The position numbers were made by a program, and so were the translations under genes. The notes under the pieces are model-generated. The model made no database searches and had not been told where the DNA came from. It was given only the letters and a program-made list of their open reading frames with translations. DNA of 64,000 bases from a virus, in the IMG/VR virus record IMGVR_UViG_3300005537_000002, positions 32,001 through 96,000 of that record; one strand, written 5' to 3'. Positions 30,252 to 39,994 of this stretch are shown here, one piece after another. The stretch's first letter is position 1. Every line of letters starts with the position of its first letter.

Positions 30252-31028
30252 ATGCCGTTCAACTTAAGTGCGGAACTTGTTGCCGGTCTTCGTAAGCAAT
30301 CCGTACGAGCTTGTCTGCAGTGTGGCGTAACGGAAGCCCAGTCGTTGGAGTTAACGGGTAGAGGTTTGCAGACACATAGGGTTAAGAGTGGGGAAGTGAC
30401 AGAGGACATTGTAATGTGCCACGACTGTCACTTCCGCCAGCATAATGACCCGGAAGTGGACCGAGCACGATATCAAACTGTGCTAGCTTCTACTCGTAAT
30501 TGGCTGGAATCCTTAGGGGTAGACCTAACACACGGCGACTTCAGAGAAACTGCTAGGAGAGTGGCTACATACTACTTAGGACACTTTAAGTCTCCGGATT
30601 CTGTTGAGTACGAGTTAGAACAACTACGACAGGCGAAGTTCTCGACAGGATATAGTGGTATGGTAGCTGTATCCGGCATTCAAGCGGACGGTCTCTGTCC
30701 TCACCATCTGCTACCTGTACGATATACTATTAAAGTAGGGTATCTCCCCTACGAAGGTAGAGCAATCGGCCTGTCTAAGCTGCCGAGGGTAGTTGAGTTA
30801 TGTGCCAGCATACCTCGATTACAAGAAGATATCACGATGTGGATAGCGGAAGAGGTTTCGCTAGCTGCAGAAACTCCTCACGTAGCTGTGCAAATTGTGG
30901 GGAAGCACAGTTGTATGGAGATTAGGGGCGTCCGTCAACGTAAGTCGGATACTACAACTACAGTGCTTCTAGGTCACTTCCTAGAAGAAACTAATTCTCA
31001 CCGCGAATTCCTAGCGCTCACCGACTAG
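30252..31028 (+). CDS. folE: GTP cyclohydrolase I with N-terminal CxxC..CxxC extension
   Basis: ETARRVA, LCPHHLLP, IGLSKLPR, LQEDIT, HSCMEIRG; start uncertain (30237 TTG or 30252 ATG). Confidence 0.88.
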   Translation: MPFNLSAELVAGLRKQSVRACLQCGVTEAQSLELTGRGLQTHRVKSGEVTEDIVMCHDCHFRQHNDPEVDRARYQTVLASTRNWLESLGVDLTHGDFRETARRVATYYLGHFKSPDSVEYELEQLRQAKFSTGYSGMVAVSGIQADGLCPHHLLPVRYTIKVGYLPYEGRAIGLSKLPRVVELCASIPRLQEDITMWIAEEVSLAAETPHVAVQIVGKHSCMEIRGVRQRKSDTTTTVLLGHFLEETNSHREFLALTD

Positions 31029-31032
31029 GGAT

Positions 31033-31530
31033 GTGGTAGTGCAAGAAGAAAGGTACACTTTTGTGAATCAACCTAGACCAGCGGGTACGTTTACGTACAC
31101 AGACCACGAGTTTAATGAAGAGTTCCTGCATTTCATGCAGGAGTGTATGGAAACGTATCGAGAACGAGCTCAAGAGTACAATAACGCAGCGGCTAGTACG
31201 TCGATGTTAGAGTACTTTGAGCCGGATGTGGTGATCCCAAACCACTTTGCAGCGTGCTACATGTACGTTAAACATAAGTTCAGTCGGTTCGCAAACTGCC
31301 TGAAGAACTACATCGCAAAGGTAGAACTCGTTGCTGACACTCGAGTTAGTTACGAACGAGCGGAAGATAGCATACGAGACTTAGTCAACTACGCCGCATT
31401 TGAGGCAGTCATTCTACGACTGCACTACAAGTGGGTACAGTCCCAACTACGTACGCCTCAAGCTATCTATGATCAAGCTCCAGAGATTGACGTAGATCAA
31501 CAAGTTCCCGTTGTGAACGGACACCACTAA
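31033..31530 (+). CDS. nucleotide-modification-associated domain 1 (DUF1599-like, helical MazG-type fold)
   Basis: RAQEY...KFSRF...EDSIRDLVNYA pattern; lies inside the base-modification cluster. Confidence 0.6.
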   Translation: MVVQEERYTFVNQPRPAGTFTYTDHEFNEEFLHFMQECMETYRERAQEYNNAAASTSMLEYFEPDVVIPNHFAACYMYVKHKFSRFANCLKNYIAKVELVADTRVSYERAEDSIRDLVNYAAFEAVILRLHYKWVQSQLRTPQAIYDQAPEIDVDQQVPVVNGHH

Positions 31531-31547
31531 ACGAAAGGTGCAGGCTG

Positions 31548-32351
31548 ATGCAAGCGTCAATCATCAGTCCTGTATCTTTACTAGATGCAGTTTCATTACG
31601 ACAGAAACTGCATCTAGTCTTAGTACAGGAGCTGGAGAGAAGCAAGGCGTATGCAGACTTCTATACGAACGTTATACGGCCTAGAGGTGACTACCTTATT
31701 CTAGATAATGGCGCGTTCGAGCTAGGAGAAGCTGCTAGTGCTGAACTACTCCTCAAATGGGTACGATTGCTGCATCCGGATGAAATTGTGTTACCGGATG
31801 TACGCGAGGATTCCTTTGCTACGCTTAGTCGCACAACCGACTTCATACAGCACGTCTTACCGTTGATAGACTACCCGATTAAGTGTATGGCAGTGCCTCA
31901 AGGGAAAAACTTGCAAGAGTGGATGATGTGCTTGCATATTATGCTGTCTATACCCCAGATTACGTGTATCGGACCTTATGAGGAAAGTGCCGACTGGTTC
32001 CCTTACGGGGGTAGACTTTCGCTACTCGAACGTATCAAGTCCGATGTGCTGGGTAAGGTCGACGTACATCTCTTAGGCATGGATGAAGACCTAGTAGAGT
32101 TGAGGGTAGGTGGACCTACGGTCTGTAGTTGGGTGCGTAGTACGGACTCATCAAAACCAGTGTGCTATGGTCTAGGGGGTGTGAAGTTAGATGCACAGTA
32201 CGGTCCTAGGGGTGTGAAGTATCCTGGTAGATCGAAGGACTTCTTCGAGTGTACTGTATCACCCACACAACGTGAAGCGGTACTGCATAATGTGGATGTA
32301 CTGCACGGGTGGTTAACTGATGAGTCGAGGGTGAAGTGTGTGGTACTGTAG
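31548..32351 (+). CDS. dpdA: TGT-fold DNA 7-deazaguanine transglycosylase (DpdA-like)
   Basis: ILDNGAFE, DEIVLPDV, MAVPQG, VHLLG, RSTDSS motifs; adjacent to que genes. Confidence 0.72.
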   Translation: MQASIISPVSLLDAVSLRQKLHLVLVQELERSKAYADFYTNVIRPRGDYLILDNGAFELGEAASAELLLKWVRLLHPDEIVLPDVREDSFATLSRTTDFIQHVLPLIDYPIKCMAVPQGKNLQEWMMCLHIMLSIPQITCIGPYEESADWFPYGGRLSLLERIKSDVLGKVDVHLLGMDEDLVELRVGGPTVCSWVRSTDSSKPVCYGLGGVKLDAQYGPRGVKYPGRSKDFFECTVSPTQREAVLHNVDVLHGWLTDESRVKCVVL

Positions 32352-32473
32352 ACTCGAGTTCAAACTCGAGGACATGTGGATAGGGGTGTACTGGAGAGAC
32401 ACCCCTAGTCGTATAGACATATGGGTATGCATACTACCATGCATACCAATCCATATATGGAGGGAGCAGCACA

Positions 32474-34048
32474 GTGTGTAGTATATCCGGTGTGATTATG
32501 CCCGAGGGTACTTCGTACCTGAGTACGAGGCTACGGCATATCATAGATCAGGCATGTGAGAGAGGTCGTGACAGTTGGGGTACTGTCACGCTGCATACAG
32601 ATCATACATACAGCAGCGTACGCTATACTGGTAGTCCGATCGAGACAGGGGTCGCTGGTACGTATCTACCTAGTAGCGCTAGGATATGTATATCGACATG
32701 TAGGGCGGAGCCAACTACAGAGTGGGTACGGGAGAAAGGTATATACGATATACCACCATTCGTACATGGGAATTGGGCTTGTGCTCATAATGGATGCATA
32801 GCCAACGATAAAGAGTTGGTACAGCGGTATGGACTATCGTTGGGTACGTCTATAGATACAGCGGTTATACCGGCCGTGTTGGACAAGATATGTCCCGACG
32901 AACTCGATCTGGATCGTATACAGGAGTTCCTACGAGACGAGATCGAGGGTTCGTATGCTCTTGCGCTTGTGAATAGACGACATCCGGATACGCTTATCCT
33001 AGCCGTGAACTATCAACAACTATACATCGCGTATGATCAGCAGGCGGGTGCGTTGTTCTTCACCTCTATGGAAGAACACCTGTACGATGATACAGATATA
33101 CACCGCAGACTCGTACAGGGAGGGGTAGTAGAAGTACCTGCATACTCCATGCAGGTAGTACATCTTCCATCCCATAGGGGTAGTACATCTGTCATGGGTA
33201 GCAGTACTACCCTGCATGCAGGGTACAGTACAGATACAGGGCAGGGTAGTAGTACAGCCATGCAGGGTACAGTACAGATACAGGGCAGGTCCTTAAGGCA
33301 GTCCAGGGATGTACATAAGGCCCTGGTGGTCTGTAGTGGTGGACTAGACAGTACAGTAGCTGCTAGGGAGATGCAGGTACGTGGGTACGATGTTACACTG
33401 CTGCACTTCCTGTACAAGTGCAGGGCACAGGAGGGTGAGGTAGAGGCTGTACGTAAGATAGCAGCTGCCATGAACGTACCCTACCTATTCTGGGAGACAG
33501 ACTTCTTCACCAAGGTAGGTGGGTCTAGACTCACTAACACACACGGAGAGATCAACCGAGAAGGTGGTGGAATAGCAGGAGCAGAACTAGCTTGGGAGTG
33601 GTGTCCCGCAAGAAACACTGTCTTTCTAGCTATGGCTGCAGCTATAGCCGAAGTGCACGACTTTGAGTGTATTGTGTTAGGAGCAAATTTAGAAGAGGCC
33701 GGAAGTTATGCAGATAATACTCTCCCATTCATACGTAAGTTGGATGCAGTACTACCGTATGCACTCAATCTACACCACTACGTACGACTGGAGGCACCTC
33801 TCGTCAACCTGATGAAGCACGAAATCGTAGCATTGGGCCTGAAAAATGGTGCGCCGATGGAGCATTCGTACTCGTGCTATGAGTACGGAGAGCACCACTG
33901 TAACAACTGCGGTCCTTGCTTCTTACGTAAGACGGCGTTTAAGATGAACGGGACAGTGGATCCAGTGTTCGAGCATCTGTCTGAGGACGAGTTTTGGAGT
34001 GGGTGCGTTCCCTACTCCAAACGATCGGATCCAGCCATAGTTCGTTAG
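32474..34048 (+). CDS. queC: class II glutamine amidotransferase-QueC fusion (Gat-QueC)
   Basis: N-terminal MCSISG (Ntn Cys2), RGRDSWG, HNGCI, DT; QueC part SGGLDS, CPARNTVFL, SCY...HCNNCGPCFLR. Confidence 0.9.
   Translation: MCSISGVIMPEGTSYLSTRLRHIIDQACERGRDSWGTVTLHTDHTYSSVRYTGSPIETGVAGTYLPSSARICISTCRAEPTTEWVREKGIYDIPPFVHGNWACAHNGCIANDKELVQRYGLSLGTSIDTAVIPAVLDKICPDELDLDRIQEFLRDEIEGSYALALVNRRHPDTLILAVNYQQLYIAYDQQAGALFFTSMEEHLYDDTDIHRRLVQGGVVEVPAYSMQVVHLPSHRGSTSVMGSSTTLHAGYSTDTGQGSSTAMQGTVQIQGRSLRQSRDVHKALVVCSGGLDSTVAAREMQVRGYDVTLLHFLYKCRAQEGEVEAVRKIAAAMNVPYLFWETDFFTKVGGSRLTNTHGEINREGGGIAGAELAWEWCPARNTVFLAMAAAIAEVHDFECIVLGANLEEAGSYADNTLPFIRKLDAVLPYALNLHHYVRLEAPLVNLMKHEIVALGLKNGAPMEHSYSCYEYGEHHCNNCGPCFLRKTAFKMNGTVDPVFEHLSEDEFWSGCVPYSKRSDPAIVR
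33215..33289 (+). repeat. 31-bp direct repeat inside the Gat-QueC linker
   Basis: CATGCAGGGTACAGTACAGATACAGGGCAGG at 33215-33245 and 33259-33289. Confidence 0.9.
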
Positions 34049-34064
34049 TGGATCCGATCGTTTG
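34018..34064. terminator. 16-bp hairpin overlapping the gat-queC stop
   Basis: CAAACGATCGGATCCA / TGGATCCGATCGTTTG. Confidence 0.6.
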
Positions 34065-34120
34065 ACTAGGTCTGTTGTTGTTTAGTTGCGAGAGTCTTCC
34101 GAAAGGGGAGAAAGGTACGT

Positions 34121-34272
34121 CTTTCGATATGATCCACTATTCCAAACAATAGTGGATCATATCGAATCGGTGGGCTCTCGCATATTTTCAAGTGTGGAAC
34201 GTGCTAAAGAGAGGTCGAGTAGATCATACCGGGTGGATCCACTATCGATGTGTTGGTGGATCATATCGAAAG
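34121..34272. repeat. cluster of GTGGATCATATCGAA motifs (inverted and direct)
   Basis: Reverse copy 34121-34140; forward copies 34149-34166 and 34256-34272; degenerate copies between them. Confidence 0.8.
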
Positions 34273-34322
34273 GTACCCGCATTGCGCTGATACGAGCACC
34301 TTTCATAGAAAGGAATACGCTC

Positions 34323-34928
34323 ATGCGTAAGTTGGATAGTTCAGGCATGCCTAACAATTGGCGAACGAAACTGAGACCTCAAACTGTTCGCCCTTGGGTT
34401 ACGGTAGGGGGTTTAGTACTCGCAGCTATTGGGGTTGGCGAGGCCTTCGGCAAGCAGTACACGTTCGCCACGACGTTACTAGCTGGGTTAGTCGTACTGC
34501 TATTGGTAGCTGATCTTTGGCTCTACAACGCATCTTCATACTTATTAGAAGGTCGTATAGAAGGGCTACTCCAAGACGTTAACGAAGAACAACAACGTTA
34601 CGAGGCTCTGCTGAAACGTAACGATAAGTTGGAGAGGGAGCAGCAGGAGTTTGCTAGTTTGCTAAAGGAGGCGTATACGCAAGATCGGCAGGGAACTAAC
34701 CTACAAGCACGCGTAGTATCACCGGGTAGGTATCAAGTACAGAGCACCTTCGGTAAGTGGTATAACATTCACTGGAACTCTTCGGGACTCGCCTGTGAGT
34801 GTAGATTGTACGCCACCTGCAATGAATGTCCCCACAGTGCGAAGGCTCGCAGAATGCATGAAGTAGTTATCAAGACTGGACAGCAACCTTCCTCGACGAC
34901 AGACAACTTGGGTCCTTGGCTCAGGTAA
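34323..34928 (+). CDS. membrane protein with coiled coil and C-terminal SWIM-like zinc finger
   Basis: Two TMs, a heptad region and YQVQS...Y.I...CECRLYATCNECPH; start reassigned to the ATG with an AAAGGA RBS. Confidence 0.6.
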   Translation: MRKLDSSGMPNNWRTKLRPQTVRPWVTVGGLVLAAIGVGEAFGKQYTFATTLLAGLVVLLLVADLWLYNASSYLLEGRIEGLLQDVNEEQQRYEALLKRNDKLEREQQEFASLLKEAYTQDRQGTNLQARVVSPGRYQVQSTFGKWYNIHWNSSGLACECRLYATCNECPHSAKARRMHEVVIKTGQQPSSTTDNLGPWLR

Positions 34929-34932
34929 CCTC

Positions 34933-34961
34933 TTGTATACTTGAGTATAGTACACTATAAT
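34933..34961 (+). promoter_or_regulatory. sigma70-type promoter
   Basis: TTGTAT-N17-TATAAT. Confidence 0.6.
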
Positions 34962-35045
34962 ATATTGTATAAGTATTCAAGCGTATACGAGGTTTTTAGC
35001 ACAGTGAGGTACACATTTAGTCCGTTCGTGACTAGGAGACCCAAG

Positions 35046-36089
35046 TTGCAGGAAGCAGTTGAGTACGCCACACCCATGTGGCGTACTCAGAGGCCTACAG
35101 TATTTCCTAAGTCGACTATGGACGTAATTACGTCATCTCCCCAGTTCGTTGACGTAGCTGTCAATAGTGGGTCGATGGTCTTCTCTCGTGCACTTGCTTC
35201 TCAACCTACTGCAAGCAATGACCAGAACATCTTCGCTATCGAGTCCTTAAAGTCGGTTTTGCAGTGTACTACCGACTTGAACGTGCCTAGAGACGACTGG
35301 TTCGAACGCTTCTGTGCTAACGTCCATCCAGACAACCTCAATTACGAACCCGGCTACATTACGGACCGGTTCGTGTACTCTCCTGCGAAGTCTAGGCCTC
35401 ACATGCTACGAAAGACAGCTGTGTACTTAGACACTCTACTGCAACGATACCCTACTTCACTTATGAGAGCTTGTGTGGGGTACGCTATACTGCGTACGTA
35501 TACTTGGCGAGAAGTGAGTTGGAGTAGACTGTCTAAACAGGGCAAGCTTATACAAGGGAGGAGGCCACACAAACTATGGGAGCCGATTTGTAGACGAGCT
35601 TGGTCTCTACGACTGGCAGCGGAAGAGTTTGCAAAGACTCCCACGAGAAGGCTACATCAAATATCGGAGACTAGCGTTCTACAGGCTATACGAACCTTCG
35701 ACATCTATACGGGTGCAGTCGTGTATGCAAACCCTCTGTGGCCGTGGATGTCCACAGACGACTGGTCCGCGTATAGTCAGTTTACCGCTGACCTGAACTC
35801 CATACTTATGCAATGTCCGGTCAAGACTTCCAACTGGAGTGACAATAGGAGCCTTGATACTATCTACAAGGAGGTGACTAGTTGGATTGAAGAATCCTTT
35901 GCAAGAGGCGCCGGATTCTTCATACTCAACACGCAAAGCTCTAACTTTCCACAACCTGACGACCTATATAGTTGGTTGAGAACTAGATACGGTCGTCATC
36001 TGCTACTTGTCGAAGAAGTAGCTACCCAAATTAGCGCCCAACAGCCGTTTTCTGAGTGGTTTGGAACTATCCGGAATCCGACACTATAA
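35046..36089 (+). CDS. divergent amino-methyltransferase-fold protein B
   Basis: FVDVAVNSG, ASND, YANPLWPWMSTD; clear paralog of A. The track start at 34941 overlaps a promoter; TTG 35046 has a GGAG RBS. Confidence 0.55.
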   Translation: MQEAVEYATPMWRTQRPTVFPKSTMDVITSSPQFVDVAVNSGSMVFSRALASQPTASNDQNIFAIESLKSVLQCTTDLNVPRDDWFERFCANVHPDNLNYEPGYITDRFVYSPAKSRPHMLRKTAVYLDTLLQRYPTSLMRACVGYAILRTYTWREVSWSRLSKQGKLIQGRRPHKLWEPICRRAWSLRLAAEEFAKTPTRRLHQISETSVLQAIRTFDIYTGAVVYANPLWPWMSTDDWSAYSQFTADLNSILMQCPVKTSNWSDNRSLDTIYKEVTSWIEESFARGAGFFILNTQSSNFPQPDDLYSWLRTRYGRHLLLVEEVATQISAQQPFSEWFGTIRNPTL

Positions 36090-36105
36090 CCGAGAAAGGG
36101 TGTTA

Positions 36106-36396
36106 ATGTTGTCGACAATCCCCCCAGTGACAGCAGAGTCACTTAAAGCACTAGCCGCTGTGCTAGTACGTCTGCGATACCCATTAGCCAACTTAAATGG
36201 AGAAGCTGTCGCTATTCAAATAACCCTCACTGATATACCTCCACATCAAATGCAGGAGGTCCGCAACGTATACGGAGAAAAAGCTGTAGACTTCGAGTGG
36301 TGGACCGTTACGTGGTTCCGCTTTATAGTAACTATCGCTCGACTTGCGGATGCAAAAGCTACTATGTGGGTGACCTTCGTATACCCTGTTCAGTGA
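36106..36396 (+). CDS. hypothetical protein
   Basis: ORF with GAAAGGG RBS. Confidence 0.5.
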   Translation: MLSTIPPVTAESLKALAAVLVRLRYPLANLNGEAVAIQITLTDIPPHQMQEVRNVYGEKAVDFEWWTVTWFRFIVTIARLADAKATMWVTFVYPVQ

Positions 36397-36410
36397 CAGG
36401 AGAGGCCCTC

Positions 36411-36439
36411 TTGTAATATCGTAGAGCGTCACATATAAT
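36411..36439 (+). promoter_or_regulatory. sigma70-type promoter for the glycan cassette
   Basis: TTGTAA-N17-TATAAT. Confidence 0.65.
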
Positions 36440-36481
36440 ATAACTATAAGTGGTCTTGTAGGAAATCAGCAGTTCAGTCCC

Positions 36482-36730
36482 GTGCGGTCGTACGACGTAG
36501 TGCAAATCACGGTGACAAGCACACGTGAGAGGGTGCTTGTGACGTTTTACGATACTAAGACAGCGATTGTACTCTCGTGCGAAGAAGCAGTACGAGAGTA
36601 CGACGAACAAGTACCGGTCGTCTGCAGCTACAAGGTGTGGATTATGGTACTTGTTTTCGTGTCCGGGCTATTACTTATTAACATAGTACTTATCACTGTC
36701 ATACTCTTCCTCCTACTTCACCACAAATAA
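36482..36730 (+). CDS. small membrane protein
   Basis: C-terminal hydrophobic helix. Confidence 0.4.
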   Translation: MRSYDVVQITVTSTRERVLVTFYDTKTAIVLSCEEAVREYDEQVPVVCSYKVWIMVLVFVSGLLLINIVLITVILFLLLHHK

Positions 36731-36748
36731 CTCAAAAGGTAACTTTAT

Positions 36749-36964
36749 ATGGATGTAAAATCAACCCTTCGCATAGCTTTCCTACTTATTGGTAGGCAAA
36801 TCGCGGCTGAGTTTCTGTCACAGGCAGTTTGTAAGAGACTCGAGCGAGAAGATATACCAGATGACTCGTGGATGTCTGAGAGCCACGAGTATCCATTTCA
36901 CACTATCGTAGCTCAAGCTATGTGCGACGCTTTATTCGATATACAGAGTACCTCGCACGACTAG
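36749..36964 (+). CDS. hypothetical protein
   Basis: 71-aa ORF with AAAGG RBS. Confidence 0.45.
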   Translation: MDVKSTLRIAFLLIGRQIAAEFLSQAVCKRLEREDIPDDSWMSESHEYPFHTIVAQAMCDALFDIQSTSHD

Positions 36965-38184
36965 AACGGAGCTTGTGTTTGAGCGAAAAAAGGAGGGTAC
37001 GACTTTTAGGTATTAGTCTCATAGTAGTGATGGTGCTGTTCATAGTGGTGATGTCGCTACTATTATGGAACTTACTACTCAAACCTACGGAGGTAAAACA
37101 TCATATGACTCTTAATACTATGGGTGGCTATGTATTTCCGGACGACGCAGTTTGCGACGCACCTAGTCAGTACTCCGACGGAAGGGTTATCAATACTCTT
37201 AACGTCGAGTATCTACATGTTGATTCTGGTGGAGCACTTGTAACCCTGACTAGTGGGTGTAACGCGTATAACGACTCGAATGTAGCTTCTGTCAAAGCAC
37301 ACAGCAACAGGCAGTTCGTAACTGTCAGTGGGGATAGTGGTGGGTTTCAAGTACTCATAAGCGATACTCAGCTTACAAACACCTTTATCAGTACGGTACA
37401 AGCATTTCTCTCGAAGATAGGGTTTACCGGAGTTGAGTTGGACTTTGAGGACTTCGGTTCTTGGACTTCCTCTCAGTATGCCAGTTATGTAGCGTTCGTC
37501 AAACGTCTTAGTACTGAGTTGCATAGCACAGGGCACTTACTAGCTATCGACTGCCCAGCGATATCCGACCAAACCTATCAGAGCTACTATCCTCACTGGT
37601 CATATAAAGACTTCGACGGGGTTCAAGTAGAGTTACGCGTGATGGCGTACGACTACGAATACGACCAGGGTGCAGGTAATCCGATAGCGCCTATAGACTG
37701 GATCACCAACATTTGTAAGTGGACTAGGTCTCAAATCACTGATCCTAGTAGGATCACTATCATACTCAACTCTTACGGGTACCACGGAGTGAGAAATAAG
37801 TACGCCGCTAATCGAGATACATACAGCCAGTCAAAAGCCTACTACGGTTTTAATACAGCTTCAAGGGATGCTTCTTCTGGTGAGATGACTTGGTCTGTAG
37901 GGGGCGAGGTCTACTACTATACGGACAGCGAAACGTTGAACCAGAAAGTGACCGCTGTGCTAAACTCTGGTACGGGTATCAACAACATTGCCATCTTCCA
38001 CTTAGGTGGAGGAAACAAGTGGCCAACGGTTACTCCTCCACCTACACCGGTGTCCACACCAACAGTTACGAGTGACGTGTCTCCAGCACTCTCTTCTCTA
38101 CTGAAGTGGATGGAAGCCGAACTACCGAGTTGGTACGCAGCTAACTTCGACTCGACTGGAAAGTATATTGGAGGTAGTCACTAG
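36922..38184 (+). CDS. glycoside hydrolase family 18 (chitinase/YaaH-like)
   Basis: GFTGVELDFE catalytic motif, VMAYDY, PIAPIDW, GIAIFHLG-like end; an alternative start at 37105 (GGAGGT RBS) would remove the N-terminal TM. Confidence 0.8.
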   Translation: MRRFIRYTEYLARLERSLCLSEKRRVRLLGISLIVVMVLFIVVMSLLLWNLLLKPTEVKHHMTLNTMGGYVFPDDAVCDAPSQYSDGRVINTLNVEYLHVDSGGALVTLTSGCNAYNDSNVASVKAHSNRQFVTVSGDSGGFQVLISDTQLTNTFISTVQAFLSKIGFTGVELDFEDFGSWTSSQYASYVAFVKRLSTELHSTGHLLAIDCPAISDQTYQSYYPHWSYKDFDGVQVELRVMAYDYEYDQGAGNPIAPIDWITNICKWTRSQITDPSRITIILNSYGYHGVRNKYAANRDTYSQSKAYYGFNTASRDASSGEMTWSVGGEVYYYTDSETLNQKVTAVLNSGTGINNIAIFHLGGGNKWPTVTPPPTPVSTPTVTSDVSPALSSLLKWMEAELPSWYAANFDSTGKYIGGSH

Positions 38185-38651
38185 TGCCATCAACGTATTA
38201 CGAGGACTATGTAATACCTCCACCATTTACATTACCAGCTAAACAGGTTGGACAGATGACTCTACCGGAAGCGTTATCGATGGCACAGTGTGTAAGCGAC
38301 CCGTACGCTAAGAGGCGTAGGAAGGGGTATAGCATGATCACTGTGCTATATCTGCTGACGTATAGCGTGGTTGCGTTCGACATAGATAGTATAGTTTACT
38401 GGAACATCGAAACGTGGACCTTTCGAGTCGTGCTGTGGATAGCAGTTATGATAGTATGGGCTAACTTCGTTAGCGGAACCCTACGTATACGGCCGACTAG
38501 ACGGCAGGTTGTAGAGATGGCTACGACACTAAGTATGAAAGCAGTCTCGATCTCTAAGCTGGCACGCGGTCGGAAAATCTCTTTCCCAAAGGTTATACCA
38601 AACGAGGATACCACTACCTACTTAAGAGCCATTAAGCGGAAGCTAACGTGA
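38184..38651 (+). CDS. two-TM membrane protein
   Basis: Two hydrophobic helices; translationally coupled to the GT2 gene. Confidence 0.55.
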   Translation: MPSTYYEDYVIPPPFTLPAKQVGQMTLPEALSMAQCVSDPYAKRRRKGYSMITVLYLLTYSVVAFDIDSIVYWNIETWTFRVVLWIAVMIVWANFVSGTLRIRPTRRQVVEMATTLSMKAVSISKLARGRKISFPKVIPNEDTTTYLRAIKRKLT

Positions 38652-39994
38652 GATCTGTTTATAAAAGTATTACGTATAGTGCATTGTGGATGGTTACGGC
38701 TGCTATAGCAGCTTCAACTAGGTTTATACAACCGCATCCATTCGATACGCCGTTTCTCGATACGATGAGACACGTTATAGTCTTCTTTGCGTCTATACTA
38801 CTAGCGAAATACTTCTTCTATATGGTAGTAGCTCCATTCTACGACGTAATAGAGAGTCGCAGAGTCGTTACTACGCTTATGGCGGACTACTACCCGTTAG
38901 TGTCAGTGATGATACCTGCCTGGAACGAAGAGGTAGGTCTACTAGGTACGGTCAAGACGCTACTAGACTCCACCTACAGACATGTGGAGCTCGTCATTGT
39001 GAACGATGGTAGCACAGATGGCTCGCACGCAATGATGCTCAACTTCGTCAGTAAGTATAACGAGCAGATGACTGACGTACCCGAGTACAAGCGCATACGT
39101 ATACTCTACCACTACCAACCAAACGGAGGCAAGGGAAGCGCACTAAACACAGCGATCCAACTGTCTCACGGAGCTATACTACTGTCCATTGACGCTGACT
39201 GTCACGTTCACGCCCGCTGTATTGAGGAGTTCGTGAACGCATTCCGTAACCCTAAAGTTATGGCTGCCGTCGGTAACGTGAGGGTAGGCAATACAAAGTC
39301 ACTCGTGGGTACAATCCAGTACCTAGAATATATCTTCGGATTCTACTTTAAGAAAGCGGACAGCTTGCTCAACACCATCTATATTATCGGTGGAGCGGCT
39401 GGTGCATTCCGGCGGGAAGTGTTTCAAGTGATTGGTGGGTATAATACCAAGAACATTACGGAAGACATTGAGCTATCCGTCCGAATACAGGAACAAGGTT
39501 GGAAAATCGTTTACTGTCCTGGAGCACTCGTACTAACTGAGGGAGCGTCTACACTCACAGGCTTGAAGAAGCAACGCTACCGTTGGAAGTACGGTCGGTT
39601 CCAAACGTTTATGCAGCATCGCAACTTGTTCTTCTCGACTGAGCGTAGGCATAACAAGTTGCTGTGCTGGGTGATACTACCGCTAGCGATATTTGGGGAG
39701 GTGCAACTCGGACTTGAGTTACTATTTATCACTATGCTATACGTATTCGCACTCCTATCGGGTGACTTCTCGGCATTTCTGAGTGGTGTATTTGTAGTCT
39801 CTCTCATGTTCGGCGTACAAGCACACGACAGTGGAGAGTTCAACATCAGCACTCTACTGCTAGCACCTATAGGGTGGCTACTATTCTACGTCACCACCTA
39901 CGTCGAGGTGTACGCACTTATCCGGAGTATATGGAATCTAATCCGCAAACGCGACGTACAGTGGCAGAAGTGGAAACGAACCGGTGTACAATGA
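38648..39994 (+). CDS. processive GT2 glycosyltransferase (PgaC/IcaA/chitin-synthase-like)
   Basis: SVMIPAWNE, VNDGSTD, NGGKGSALN, IDAD, TED, KQRYRW (QxxRW) and multiple TMs. Confidence 0.9.
   Translation: MRSVYKSITYSALWMVTAAIAASTRFIQPHPFDTPFLDTMRHVIVFFASILLAKYFFYMVVAPFYDVIESRRVVTTLMADYYPLVSVMIPAWNEEVGLLGTVKTLLDSTYRHVELVIVNDGSTDGSHAMMLNFVSKYNEQMTDVPEYKRIRILYHYQPNGGKGSALNTAIQLSHGAILLSIDADCHVHARCIEEFVNAFRNPKVMAAVGNVRVGNTKSLVGTIQYLEYIFGFYFKKADSLLNTIYIIGGAAGAFRREVFQVIGGYNTKNITEDIELSVRIQEQGWKIVYCPGALVLTEGASTLTGLKKQRYRWKYGRFQTFMQHRNLFFSTERRHNKLLCWVILPLAIFGEVQLGLELLFITMLYVFALLSGDFSAFLSGVFVVSLMFGVQAHDSGEFNISTLLLAPIGWLLFYVTTYVEVYALIRSIWNLIRKRDVQWQKWKRTGVQ

Noticed and set aside
34086-34322. N-terminal extension of the SWIM/membrane protein as given in the ORF track
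   Set aside because: It begins at a TTG with no RBS and runs through a repeat cluster. A better ATG with an RBS lies at 34323
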